NCBI GenBank assembly: GCA_963745075.1
Contig: CAVUWV010000010.1
Coordinates: 96,001 to 160,000 of the forward strand
Direction: 5' to 3'
Source: Candidatus Hydrogenedentota bacterium
GTDB taxonomy: Bacteria > Hydrogenedentota > Hydrogenedentia > Hydrogenedentales > SLHB01
Length of the DNA stretch: 64,000 nt
Of the stretch, positions 30,101-38,825 are shown one piece after another. The translations under genes and the position numbers were made by a program. The notes beneath the pieces were generated by a model. It did no database searches, was not told the origin of the DNA, and was given only the letters and a program-made list of their open reading frames with translations. Position 1 is the first letter of the stretch, and every line of letters starts with the position of its first letter.

Positions 30101-31196
30101 CCGTGCCGGTGCCGCCATTGCTCACGATAAAGAGCTTCGTCGTGGCGAATTTTCCGAAGTTCAGCGTCGTCGGCGTAACCACGAGTTGCGCCGGCGCCAC
30201 GGTCAAGTTGGCGGTGACGTTCGCCGATCCGCCGTCCGACGTTATGGCGAGTATCCCCGTATAATCGTCCGGACTCAGCCCGGTCCGGTCCACATCCACG
30301 GTGATAATCTCCGTTTCCGTTGTGGTGGACCCGGAGAGGGGGCTAGCCGTGAGCCATGGGATGGATTCGGCGATATTCCAATTCAATGTTCCGGTCCCGG
30401 TATTGCGGATCGTGAACGTCAATTCGGTCAGATTCGTTCCAAACTCCAAGACGGTGGTTGATACGGACAATTGCGGCGTCGGACCCGGCACGGTCATGGT
30501 CACCGGGACCGTCACGTCGCCGCCGTTGGATGTAAACTCGATGTTGTCGCTGTAGATTCCCGGAGACAAACCGGTCCGGTTCACCGTGACAATGACGGTC
30601 GTCGGCGTCCCGCCGGTGCTGCCTTGAACCGCTGACGTTGAGAGCCAGGGGATGGTTTCTGCAAGCTGCCAGTCAACGGTACCCGTGCCTGCGTTGGCGA
30701 CCGACAAGTTCTCGGACACGTCCGTGTCGCCAAAATCGAGACTGGCAGGGGTGACTTGAAGCGTGGGGGGGAGTGGCGGTGCGGCCACTTGGATCGTCAC
30801 GCTCACGATCCGATTCCCGCCATTCGATGCGATCATGAACTCGCCGTTGTACGTTCCGGGCGACAAACCGGTCCGGTCCACGTTCATCGTGACGGTCGTC
30901 GGGCCGCCCACCGGTGTACTGCCCGAAGTTGGGCTGACCGACAACCAGGAAGGCGTCGGCCCGATGTTCCAGGCCAGCACGCCATCGCCCGCGTTGGAAA
31001 CCGCGAAGGTATCCGTGACCGTGGTCGCGCCAAGGTTAAACGCGGCCGGGTTGACCTGGATCGCGGCGTCTCCCGTCGAATTGGTGCCCGTAGGACAGCC
31101 TGCGGCGCCTAACAGCACTACGGCTGCCAACGCCAGTTGTCCCATCCAGGAACGTGTGGCGCGGGATCCGATAACCTGTTTGAGAGTTCGCTTCAT
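27141..31196 (-). CDS. Large lipoprotein with about 8 BACON/Ig-like repeats and a VWA domain
   Basis: Signal peptide ending AAGC. Roughly 95-aa repeats contain W..V.P..G...VDRTGLSPG.Y...SNGG. The VWA MIDAS motifs are LLDYSGS and FSDG. Confidence 0.85.
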   Translation of the reverse strand: MKRTLKQVIGSRATRSWMGQLALAAVVLLGAAGCPTGTNSTGDAAIQVNPAAFNLGATTVTDTFAVSNAGDGVLAWNIGPTPSWLSVSPTSGSTPVGGPTTVTMNVDRTGLSPGTYNGEFMIASNGGNRIVSVTIQVAAPPLPPTLQVTPASLDFGDTDVSENLSVANAGTGTVDWQLAETIPWLSTSAVQGSTGGTPTTVIVTVNRTGLSPGIYSDNIEFTSNGGDVTVPVTMTVPGPTPQLSVSTTVLEFGTNLTELTFTIRNTGTGTLNWNIAESIPWLTASPLSGSTTTETEIITVDVDRTGLSPDDYTGILAITSDGGSANVTANLTVAPAQLVVTPTTLNFGKFATTKLFIVSNGGTGTVNWSVNTGTFPSWLSVVSPVPTNGSVTTDTQSVILMVDRTGLSVGVHTFTFPVTSNAGDVDVTVNLTVAEVPILSVDTGFVNSSGQPLAPLGDTATTYGFTIENIGTGTLNWNIDPNSFPTWLTIAPVAGSNINGQFTNLTITVDRSTLAPGGYVAYIPVTSNGGTRTLDVTIQVPLRPVIGVSPDNLDFGLSGNTATFFVANIGDPGTVLNFLVVSDRIWLFHSPSTGTSIGTSSPIKDFQPINVSIDRSLLESTGATGTFTVYALDSLGNIRPDVEPAEVTISVEATPLSFHTAIARTRIPSMVRWSFLMRDIHDQSFVMAPELLTGAYRIFEDGEQIEQPAETSQVLLLQNSTVTEPLSDYRMDLRTKVVLLLDYSGSVANAAASVGTDVQTLYETTGGQFIDNFFDLFANVERGFAQMAIMEFHDRNAPASVIQDFTDDRATLHAALQNINVTDHGASAILPAVEEAGNELAQQDFPLLPFDDADIRAVAMFSDGRLTTPPGEIQDTIDYLIALKVQIFSLGWGVDVNHEPMARLASGTGGHYYLSQLDSNGDPVVANFMDKVDECNTDLASHTVLSYVSLNEEENVPLRFDGALDNPYDNPDQGIVQGTLDEQNVDLSTVVGDIRMGQISMRTPGIVGGASQVTLRLDYAPRNINQIEFTVSSTGPAPTVSIVPLDEGGAVSGWTLTPLGVGTYNLSAPTPADVLPYGTFGDLVRLDFAGVGGPFTVDLDVDNTIYAGDPEPKYFIFPDAIDVDGDPFLAPALPTPFVDPVVIDFGTGTNDTTINVRNIGGTYPYGPVNQVYLEWSVEDIPIFVGSVTPDEGTLNTTTSIDTLVVLVDRTIAAGTYNSVLSIRYSTGTLGVFGTIPVMMRIQIRPPELTVNDTANLAFGNVSQAGGSQMATFTIQNTGQSTMNWQIPTDGLPAWIESIVASSGSTTTEVDTVFVTVDPTAVATGATVNTTIDVLSNGGNVLGIPVSMTAVP

Positions 31197-31296
31197 GGCT
31201 TACTCCTCGGCGAAAAACGCCGGCCTTCTTCTGTTCGCCGATAGCAGCGGCTCATTCGTATTTCCCCTGGCCGCCGATTTCGGCGGCGTGAATGTC

Positions 31297-33798
31297 TCAT
31301 GGTTCCTTGGGCAACGGTAGCTGACTGACGCCGACCGCTGGGTCGTCAAAGTCCGTTATGCTGTCATCGTCGTAGTCGTAGGCATCGGTCGCGTCGGGAT
31401 CGAACCCGTCTTCAAGCAAGAGTGGTATCACGTCCGTTTGCGTCGTTCCCGTCGTCACTTGGAGCCCCGTCGGGTATTGGAAATACTTCGTGAACGGAGG
31501 ATTCACGTAGACTTGGTTGTCCACGCGGAATGCAATGGTCACGTCACCCGCCAGACCCGAGTAGTTAATTTGGAACAGGTTGCCGAAGTCCCCGTACCGA
31601 AGGGGGGTGGTCTCGGCGGTGAGCGCGGTATAAACGCCGCCGCCTTCGTCGAGCAATACCCAGTCGCTGATGAGTCCGTTCGGGTCGATGGATAGCGTGT
31701 ACGGATCGGTGGACGCCACGCGTATGCGGATTTGACTGATGTTTCTCGGGATGTAGTCCGCCCGAATGTCTACCCGTGCGCTGTTATCCGGCTGGAGCCC
31801 GGTGGTATGCAGCGCAAGTTGACCCGCGCGCACGTCCCCATCGAGGGCGATGACGGCGTCCTTCTGGAAGCTCCCCTCGAGGCCCTGGTAGTTTCCGGAA
31901 ATCAGATAGTTGTGCGATCCGTCCTGGAACAGCGAGATGTACGTCAATACGATCTGGCGTTTCAGCTCTTTCACGATTTTTCCCGGGGCCCCGGCGCCCA
32001 GGATTGCCTCGTTCTGCAGGAGATTGACCAGGTCCGCAACCGTTGGCGCCGGATAGTAGTGGCCGCCGGTCTCGGTGGCCATTTCAATCAATGCCGATGC
32101 CCGCACGTTTTCGCCAAAGCCGATGGGGTAGAGGCGAACGCGTTTGTCCTGAGCCTCTGTGATGACGTTGTCGACCGCGTTAACCGAAGAGGTGTCCCGT
32201 CCATCCGAAATGAACACGACCGCGCGAACGTCCGTGTCATTGAAGGGGAATACGCCGAGATCTTCGTTCTCAATGCGTTGGCACGCTTCGATGATCGCAT
32301 CGTTCACTTCCGAGGCGCCGTGCTCCCCGACGGGAACCGAAAATGCCTGCAACTCCGCGGCGAGGGTCGCCTTGTTGGTCGAGAAGTTGTGGATCAATCG
32401 GTCGGTTTGCTGCCGCTCGTGGTATTCCATGAGCGCCATGCGGTACGAGTCGGGCAAATCGTTAATGAAATCGACCGACGCATTCACCATCTGGTCGATC
32501 GCCGTCCCGCTGCCCGGAGGCGCGTTGTACATACTGCCCGTGTAGTCGAGCAGCAGCACGAGGTTGTATTTTAGATTCTCCGCGCTCGTCACGAAGAGAT
32601 TGGTTTCATCCACGTCGAGAGGAACCATGTCCTCTTCCACGGTGAAAGCCGTCTGCAGGTCGTTGAGCACGTCGGGGTCCGTCGTGTCGATTGCTTCGCC
32701 CACGGCGTTGCGCAGCAGAAATATGAAGCGCAGAATAAAGGGCGGCCGCGACCGGTTCTGGGCGCCCTCGAAGATCAGCGGCGACGCTTCCACATTCACG
32801 ACCACGTCAACTGGATCGAGCCCGTCCGCGGTGACCGTAATCGTTCCGCCGTCGGTTTCACCGGTAAGTGCGCCGCGGTCGATCGTCACGGTTATCGGTA
32901 CCCGATCGTAATTGAGCGGATTCCCGGTACCCGTACTTGAACCCGAATCCGGTTCGAAATAAATCAAATCCGGGCGGTCCGTCGACAACGTGAAATCGAG
33001 TGCGCTGCCGGCAGCGCCCGTATTGAACACGTCAAAGGTTAGCTGGCTGAGCGTGGTTCCGTAGTCGAGCACTTCCGGTTCCACGCCGATTTCCGCGCTC
33101 GCGCCCGCCGATATGTTCAATGCGACGGTTACGTCGCCCACAGTCGTCTGAACGATAATTAAAAATCCATAGACACCGGGGTCGAGTTGGCCTCGGTCGA
33201 TTTGGATGTCGACCGTACTGTTGGCGCCCGCTTGCGTCGTTCCGCCGCCGGGCGAAATGGTCAGGTAGGCCGGCGCCGTAATCTCCGTACCCGGATCGTC
33301 GGCGCTTTCCAAACGAAGATTCCAGGTGAGCGGCCCGTCCCCGTTGTTCGAAATCGTAAACTGGGTCGCTTCCTGGTTGTTGAGAAGGCTCAACGTCAGC
33401 GGCGTCACGTCCACCGTGGGCGTTCCCGGCACCTGCATGGCAACCGGCACGGTTTTGTTTCCGGCGCTGGACGATACGATGATGTTGCCGTTGTAGCTTC
33501 CAGGGGTGAGCCCCGTGCGGTCCACCGTGAAATAAACGCGGTCCAGTTCCGTCGTGGTGGTGCCGTTGGTGACGTTGGCGGTCAACCAGGGGATGCTTTC
33601 CGAAATGGTCCACGTGATCGCGCCCGAACCGGTATTCGTGATGCCGATGCTCTTTTCGTCGGCCAGCGAGCCAAAGTTGAGCGCGGCGGGTTTCACGTTG
33701 AGCACCACGCTGGTCGTACCACCGGTGGGGCACCCCGTCAACGCCAGACTGCCGAGGCAAAGGACCAAGATGGGCACTGTGGCCAATAGACGTTTCAT
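31297..33798 (-). CDS. Lipoprotein with 3 BACON/Ig-like repeats and a VWA domain (paralog of neighbour)
   Basis: MKRLL...LTGC lipobox, VDRTGLTPG repeats, LLDYTGS, FISDG, ETGGHYY and an Asp-rich tail. Confidence 0.85.
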   Translation of the reverse strand: MKRLLATVPILVLCLGSLALTGCPTGGTTSVVLNVKPAALNFGSLADEKSIGITNTGSGAITWTISESIPWLTANVTNGTTTTELDRVYFTVDRTGLTPGSYNGNIIVSSSAGNKTVPVAMQVPGTPTVDVTPLTLSLLNNQEATQFTISNNGDGPLTWNLRLESADDPGTEITAPAYLTISPGGGTTQAGANSTVDIQIDRGQLDPGVYGFLIIVQTTVGDVTVALNISAGASAEIGVEPEVLDYGTTLSQLTFDVFNTGAAGSALDFTLSTDRPDLIYFEPDSGSSTGTGNPLNYDRVPITVTIDRGALTGETDGGTITVTADGLDPVDVVVNVEASPLIFEGAQNRSRPPFILRFIFLLRNAVGEAIDTTDPDVLNDLQTAFTVEEDMVPLDVDETNLFVTSAENLKYNLVLLLDYTGSMYNAPPGSGTAIDQMVNASVDFINDLPDSYRMALMEYHERQQTDRLIHNFSTNKATLAAELQAFSVPVGEHGASEVNDAIIEACQRIENEDLGVFPFNDTDVRAVVFISDGRDTSSVNAVDNVITEAQDKRVRLYPIGFGENVRASALIEMATETGGHYYPAPTVADLVNLLQNEAILGAGAPGKIVKELKRQIVLTYISLFQDGSHNYLISGNYQGLEGSFQKDAVIALDGDVRAGQLALHTTGLQPDNSARVDIRADYIPRNISQIRIRVASTDPYTLSIDPNGLISDWVLLDEGGGVYTALTAETTPLRYGDFGNLFQINYSGLAGDVTIAFRVDNQVYVNPPFTKYFQYPTGLQVTTGTTQTDVIPLLLEDGFDPDATDAYDYDDDSITDFDDPAVGVSQLPLPKEP

Positions 33799-33945
33799 CG
33801 CGTACGTCCCTCTAACTGGCGCGGGTACCCGTCGGCATCCCGGGCCATATGTTTTGGAAGCGGCCGGTTCTCCGGCTGCCCCCATTGCCGCAGCATCGAA
33901 CGCGGTGAAAACGAATCCGCCTTCGGGCGGGCCAAGTTCACGCCG

Positions 33946-34533
33946 CTAGGCCTGCTGGTCGCCGCTACTGCAACAAACTACGTTTACACCCTGTCCCTCA
34001 AGGTACGGGATGTCGAAGTCGTTCGCCTGATCGCCCAGCGAGTCGCAGGTAACGTTCACAAAATCGCCCGGCCCAAGGCCTCCATTCACGGAGTTGGTTA
34101 CCAACGGCTGAATATCCGTCACGAGCGTGCCGCAAAGACTCACGGAGTCGAGATTGGGAAGACCTGCGAGAGCAGAGACCTCGAACACGTCCGTGCCGTC
34201 GATATTCAGACTGAGAAGATTTACCAGACTGGAGAGAGGGGTGATGTCAGATACGGGGTTTCCGCTGATATCCAGATACGTCAGATTCGTGCAATACTCC
34301 AGGCCCGACAGGCTCCGGATGTTCAGATTGCGAACGTCCAGGCTGCTCAGCGTCAACACGTCCGCACGCGTCAGGAATCCCAGAGGGTGACTGAGCGCTT
34401 CCCGCACCGCCGCATCCAACACGTCATCATTGAACACCACAATAGTCGTCGCCGCCGGACAGCCCGACATGGTGACGACCAGCAGCACGGTCAACGCCGT
34501 GAATCCAAACCGTTTTATCCAATTCGTTCGCAT
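33946..34533 (-). CDS. Internalin-like leucine-rich-repeat lipoprotein
   Basis: MSGC lipobox, an F.D..L..AVR cap and the repeats IRSLSGLEYCTNLTYLDISGNPVSDITPL. Confidence 0.88.
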   Translation of the reverse strand: MRTNWIKRFGFTALTVLLVVTMSGCPAATTIVVFNDDVLDAAVREALSHPLGFLTRADVLTLSSLDVRNLNIRSLSGLEYCTNLTYLDISGNPVSDITPLSSLVNLLSLNIDGTDVFEVSALAGLPNLDSVSLCGTLVTDIQPLVTNSVNGGLGPGDFVNVTCDSLGDQANDFDIPYLEGQGVNVVCCSSGDQQA

Positions 34534-34622
34534 GGCGCCCCCTTAAGGTATGAGCCTACGCGATCTCCAGCCCCAGCGCCGGAGAACCCATTCTTGCGGT
34601 TCAACGTACACAACCAGTCGAT

Positions 34623-34734
34623 ATTATGGGTCAAACCGGGCCATTTGTCAATAGTTTTCCTGTGGCCGGTACCGCTTGATGGCCCCCTGACGTGAAGCTC
34701 TACGTATTATACACCGAAAACTCCGCAGTGTCAG
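34623..34734 (-). promoter_or_regulatory. Two tandem sigma70-type promoters for the LRR/BACON operon
   Basis: TTGACA(34651-46)-17-CATAAT(34628-23) and CTGACA(34734-29)-17-TATAAT(34711-06). Confidence 0.6.
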
Positions 34735-34851
34735 GCCGTTTGACGCAAAATTATCGAAATACTTTCCGATACCAGAACTCCCTGCTATAATATTTAGTAA
34801 GAATGCTTGATTAAAGATGCAAATACTGTCACAAAAGCCCTCCTCAATACA

Positions 34852-34886
34852 CAAAAGTCCCAAGGCGGTACTCCCCCTTGGGACTT
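34852..34886 (-). terminator. Intrinsic terminator after the small-peptide gene
   Basis: AAGTCCCAAGG/CCTTGGGACTT stem running into TTTTG on the minus strand. Confidence 0.7.
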
Positions 34887-34923
34887 CTCATGGTACTTCT
34901 GTGGACGAGCCACCCTGCCGATT

Positions 34924-35100
34924 CTACGTCTCCAGGATCGGATTCGGCTGGCACTTTTCATCCAAATAGGTCAGAAACGGCACCGAGCCGCCCTTTGCGC
35001 CGAGCAATCCGACCACCACGCCAGCGAGTTGACACAAGACATCCTGCCACACCGCCGCTTTCGCGGGGGACCCCTTCGATACCTGCCTGATGTGCTTCAT
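34924..35100 (-). CDS. 58-aa small protein of unknown function
   Basis: MKHIRQVSKGSPAKAAVWQDVLCQLAGVVVGLLGAKGGSVPFLTYLDEKCQPNPILET, with an AGGAGG RBS and its own candidate promoter and terminator. Confidence 0.75.
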   Translation of the reverse strand: MKHIRQVSKGSPAKAAVWQDVLCQLAGVVVGLLGAKGGSVPFLTYLDEKCQPNPILET

Positions 35101-35224
35101 AACGCTAGACCTCCTAAGATCTTCCCGACTCAGTTCAACCCTGATGTTATGTACGATTGTCGCCTGACACCCGCCCCGATCACCTACGCGGGGGCAGAGC
35201 ACATTCGGCGCCCTTCTTGTCAAG

Positions 35225-35254
35225 AGTTTACTCTCGTCCCCCGCGCTTTGTCAA
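35225..35254 (-). promoter_or_regulatory. sigma70-type promoter of the small-peptide gene
   Basis: TTGACA-18 nt-TAAACT on the minus strand. Confidence 0.55.
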
Positions 35255-35371
35255 CCCGACTGCGCCGCCGGGCGCGCCCCAGCGGTACGTACTATACGAG
35301 TCAAGCGGCCCTTCGTTTCGCGAAACCGTTCCCGTCTCCCCAATCGAGCCAGCGAAATCCCAACAAACGAG

Positions 35372-35417
35372 CGGGTCCGGTCCCGCGGGTGAGGGAGACT
35401 CCGCGGGACCGGACCCG
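35372..35417 (-). terminator. Strong hairpin after glnK
   Basis: Perfect 17-bp inverted repeat CGGGTCCGGTCCCGCGG with only a weak U-tract. Confidence 0.55.
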
Positions 35418-35449
35418 TGCACGCTGAAGTGCGAGGACTTGTGTATGGA

Positions 35450-35791
35450 TCAGCCGATGGCCGCCCCGCTGGTTTCACCGGTACGGATGCGGATGCAGTC
35501 GGCGAGGTCGATCACGAAGATCTTGCCATCTCCGATTTCGCCCGTCTTGGCGCCTTTGATGATTCCATCGATCGTCGGTTTAACGTAGTCGTCGTTGACG
35601 GCGATCTCGAGGCGCACTTTCTTCAAGAGGTTGACTTCCACGTCCACCCCGCGATAGGACTCGTGGTATCCCATCTGCTGGCCGCACCCGAGCGCGTTGG
35701 TGACGGACATCTTGGTCACTTCCCGTTCGTACAGCGCCTGTTTGACGGCATTGAGCCGTTCCGGCTGAATGTATGCAACGATCAGTTTCAT
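35450..35791 (-). CDS. glnK: P-II nitrogen regulator
   Basis: 113 aa, [10 protein letters not shown]...[10 protein letters not shown]...IRIRTGE, directly downstream of amtB. Confidence 0.95.
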   Translation of the reverse strand: MKLIVAYIQPERLNAVKQALYEREVTKMSVTNALGCGQQMGYHESYRGVDVEVNLLKKVRLEIAVNDDYVKPTIDGIIKGAKTGEIGDGKIFVIDLADCIRIRTGETSGAAIG

Positions 35792-35825
35792 TCAAATTGT
35801 CTCCTTGCCTCGTGAGGCGTCGTTC

Positions 35826-37241
35826 TTATTGCGTGGTGAAGATCTGGAAGCCGCTGTACGCCTCCATACCGTGCTCGCCGATATCCAGGCCGCGGATCTC
35901 TTCGGCTTCGCTGACCCGAAGTCCGATCGTGTATTTCAGCCCGAGGAACAGCACCACACCTGCGCCGAAGGCCCACACGAAGGCGGACACGACACCGATT
36001 GTCTGCGTGGCGAACTGAGCGAACCCGCCGCCATAGAGCAGCCCGCCGTCCAGGTTGAACAGTCCGCAAGACAAGGTGCCCCACGCACCGCATACACCAT
36101 GGACGCTGACTGCGCCCACCGGGTCGTCAATCTTCAGCACGCGGTCGATGAACAGTACGCTGAATACCACCAGAACGCCGGCGATGGCGCCGATCGCGCA
36201 TGCGCCGACGGCGCTTACGGTGTAACACGGCGCCGTGATCGCAACCAGACCGGCCAGCACGCCGTTAAACGTCATCGACGGTTCGGGCTTCTTGAAGATC
36301 ACCCACGACGCCATCATGGCCGTTATCGCGGCGCACGCTGCCGCCAGATTGGTCGTGATTGCGACGTAACCGATCTCACCGTTCGCCGTCGTCGTGCTGC
36401 CCGGATTGAACCCGAACCAGCCGAGCCACAGGATGAACACGCCCAGCGCCGCCAATCCGAAGTTGTGGCCGGGAATTGCTTTCGGCTTTCCATCCGGACC
36501 GTATTTGCCGATGCGCGGACCCAGAATCAGGGCGCCCGCCAAGGCCAGCCAGCCGCCGACCGAGTGCACGACCGTTGAACCGGCAAAGTCGACGAATGCC
36601 GGCAAATGCATGGCCGCCAACTGGCCACCGTCCGGCGCTTCCAACCACCCTGCCGAGGCTCCGTTAAAATCGGCATACAACCCGTTCCACGCCCAGGAAC
36701 CGAAGATGGGGTAAATGAAGGCGCTGATCAATACGCTATACACAAGGTACGACACGAACTTGGTCCGTTCTGCCATGGCGCCCGAAACGATCGTGGCTGC
36801 CGTCGCACAGAAGACCGTCTGAAACAAGAGGAAGGTCCAGGGCCACTGGGAAATCGCGTCACTCGCTCCCCAATTCACATCGCTCAACATAAACCCCGAC
36901 GTTCCGAACAGTCCTTTCGATGCGCCGAACATGATGCCGAATCCGATGACGAAGAACGCCACCGATCCGAAGGCAAAGTCCATCAGGTTCTTCATCAGGA
37001 TGTTCAGAGAGTTCTTCGCCCGGGTCATTCCCATCTCGACCATGGCGAACCCGGCCTGCATGAACATGACCAAGAACGCGGCGACGCAGGTCCACACCGC
37101 GTTCGCGTTGTACTGGAGTTGTTCCTGCACCGCGGCAACGGTGGGCGCTGCCGCGGGGTCGTCCTGGGCTATCGCCCAGGGCGCGCCAATCACCATCAGC
37201 ACCATGGCGATCGGCAAGATTCGTTTGGTTAAGTTAGCCAT
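35826..37241 (-). CDS. amtB: Ammonium transporter
   Basis: Motifs FMQAGFAMVE, SGAMAER, DFAGSTVVH, GWFGFNPGS and IDDPVGAVSVH (twin His). Confidence 0.97.
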   Translation of the reverse strand: MANLTKRILPIAMVLMVIGAPWAIAQDDPAAAPTVAAVQEQLQYNANAVWTCVAAFLVMFMQAGFAMVEMGMTRAKNSLNILMKNLMDFAFGSVAFFVIGFGIMFGASKGLFGTSGFMLSDVNWGASDAISQWPWTFLLFQTVFCATAATIVSGAMAERTKFVSYLVYSVLISAFIYPIFGSWAWNGLYADFNGASAGWLEAPDGGQLAAMHLPAFVDFAGSTVVHSVGGWLALAGALILGPRIGKYGPDGKPKAIPGHNFGLAALGVFILWLGWFGFNPGSTTTANGEIGYVAITTNLAAACAAITAMMASWVIFKKPEPSMTFNGVLAGLVAITAPCYTVSAVGACAIGAIAGVLVVFSVLFIDRVLKIDDPVGAVSVHGVCGAWGTLSCGLFNLDGGLLYGGGFAQFATQTIGVVSAFVWAFGAGVVLFLGLKYTIGLRVSEAEEIRGLDIGEHGMEAYSGFQIFTTQ

Positions 37242-37333
37242 GCTTCTCAGTCTCCTTTTTCACTCGCTGCGTTCACTTCTGTTTCAGGCCACCGACACCC
37301 GAGTTGTGCGGGATTTCCGCTGGCCGGAATGGG

Positions 37334-37349
37334 AGCAAATGCTATGCCA
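37334..37349 (-). promoter_or_regulatory. sigma54 promoter of amtB-glnK
   Basis: Minus strand TGGCATAGCATTTGCT, with an AT-rich tract immediately upstream. Confidence 0.85.
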
Positions 37350-37420
37350 ACAATCTATGTAGGCGAGAGGAATAAGCAATAAGATATTAGTAGATATGCA
37401 CTTAAATGGAAAATTCTATG

Positions 37421-37468
37421 TTTACGAGTCGGTAGGTCGGTTTGGGTATTCCTACCATCCGGTAGGAA
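37421..37468. promoter_or_regulatory. Candidate upstream activator sites (CCTACC-N4-GGTAGG)
   Basis: Perfect TTCCTACC-ATCC-GGTAGGAA at 37449-37468 and degenerate TTTACG-AGTC-GGTAGG at 37421-37436. Confidence 0.7.
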
Positions 37469-37522
37469 GGGCTGGGGCGCGTCCCTACGCGCCGGTAACC
37501 TTTTCGGCGCGGGCGCCTCTCA

Positions 37523-38503
37523 CTACCCGGTCGAGCGGTAATTCCGGGGTTCGATTCCGTACTTGCGAACGCGTAACCCCATAAGCCGCTCGGTGATGCC
37601 CAATTGCTGCGCCGCTCTGGAGCGGTTTCCGTTCGACGCGCGCAACGCATCGATAATCAGCGTGCGTTCCACGGATTCGAGCGTGGCGGGCAGGGAATCC
37701 TCCGTTACGGAAACCGCCGGTTCTGTTTGCTGTACCGGTGGCGGAAGGTGTTCCAGCTCGATCGTGTCCGACGTGCAGAGCATTACGGCGTGTTCGATAC
37801 AACGGTCGAGTTCGGTCAGGTTTCCCGGCCAGGTGTACTCCAGCAGAAGGCTGGCCACGCGGGAGGACAACCGCTGAATCGGTTTTTCGGCCGCTTCCGC
37901 GTATCGGCGTAAGAAGTGTTGCGCCAGCAGCAGGATGTCCGTTTTACGTTCGCGGAGTGGCGGTATCCGGATGGTAACGATCGTCAGTTCGTCGCAGAAG
38001 TCTTTAAGAAACCGGCCGTCTTCGATCAGGCGATCCAACTCGCGCCGGCTGGCGGCGATGACCCGGACGTCGGCCGGTTGTGGCGAATTTGCCCCCGGCT
38101 TCATGAACGAGCGCTCTCGAATGCACCGCATAAGCTTGGCCTGCATCGCTAAGCTGAAATCGCCGATTTCTTCGATGAATAAGGTGCCGCCTTCCGCTTC
38201 TTCGATCTTGCCCTGCGGCGGAACCGACCCGTGCGCAGCCGATGCGGCGCCGAAGAGTTCGCCTTCGACAAACGACTCCGTTACTTCCGGCCAACGGACC
38301 GTCACGAACGGATTGTGCGCACGTGCACTTAGATTGTGGATGGCACGCGCGATCGCCTCCGCGCCGGTCCCGCGCTCACTGCGCAGAAGCACCGCGACGT
38401 TGCCGCGCGCCACGTGCGTCGCCAGGCTGTAGACCTGTTCCATGGCAGGAGAGCGCTCGACCCGGTCAAAGCGGTCTATCTCGTCATCCCGGAAAGCGTT
38501 CAT
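37523..38503 (-). CDS. sigma54 activator-like protein with degenerate AAA+ motifs and intact Fis-type HTH (pseudo-ATPase)
   Basis: 326 aa from ATG 38503, colinear with the AAA+/HTH part of 38826..40415 but with the catalytic motifs altered. It has no sensory domain. Confidence 0.85.
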   Translation of the reverse strand: MNAFRDDEIDRFDRVERSPAMEQVYSLATHVARGNVAVLLRSERGTGAEAIARAIHNLSARAHNPFVTVRWPEVTESFVEGELFGAASAAHGSVPPQGKIEEAEGGTLFIEEIGDFSLAMQAKLMRCIRERSFMKPGANSPQPADVRVIAASRRELDRLIEDGRFLKDFCDELTIVTIRIPPLRERKTDILLLAQHFLRRYAEAAEKPIQRLSSRVASLLLEYTWPGNLTELDRCIEHAVMLCTSDTIELEHLPPPVQQTEPAVSVTEDSLPATLESVERTLIIDALRASNGNRSRAAQQLGITERLMGLRVRKYGIEPRNYRSTG

Positions 38504-38526
38504 ATAGAAACTCCGGGAGGGGGGAG

Positions 38527-38542
38527 AGCAACGGGCGTGCCA
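38527..38542 (-). promoter_or_regulatory. sigma54 promoter of the pseudo-ATPase gene
   Basis: Minus strand TGGCACGCCCGTTGCT is a consensus match, 23 nt upstream of the ATG. Confidence 0.85.
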
Positions 38543-38678
38543 ACTCGGGTTGAGTTGAACCGGTCGCGCGCGGGGCGAACTTTGAGGCTGTATCAACTTC
38601 TTTCGGGAATTGGACTTAGAAGGTCCTCGCCAGATGAACGGTTGGGTTTCAGAGCGGTATGACTCGGATTCAAGCGAG

Positions 38679-38694
38679 CCTACCAAATTGTAGG
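38679..38694. promoter_or_regulatory. Candidate upstream activator site
   Basis: CCTACC-AAAT-TGTAGG, about 137 bp upstream of the -24 element. Confidence 0.65.
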
Positions 38695-38766
38695 GAGTCC
38701 GGGGGATTCCAACCAGCACGTACGAACGAATGCGGTGAGAAGCCTGCGGAAAACCGCGCTTTCATT

Positions 38767-38811
38767 GTCCGTACTTGTCCGTGCAGGTCCGTGTCAGTCC
38801 GGGTAAGGTCG
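38767..38811. repeat. 10-bp-period GTCCG(T) repeat
   Basis: tgtccgtact tgtccgtgca ggtccgtgtc agtccgggta. Confidence 0.55.
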
Positions 38812-38825
38812 ATTTGCCCCCGGTC

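Noticed and set aside
27111..33789. Several 200-467 aa + strand ORFs
   Set aside because: They lie antisense to the BACON/VWA genes and show no independent signal.
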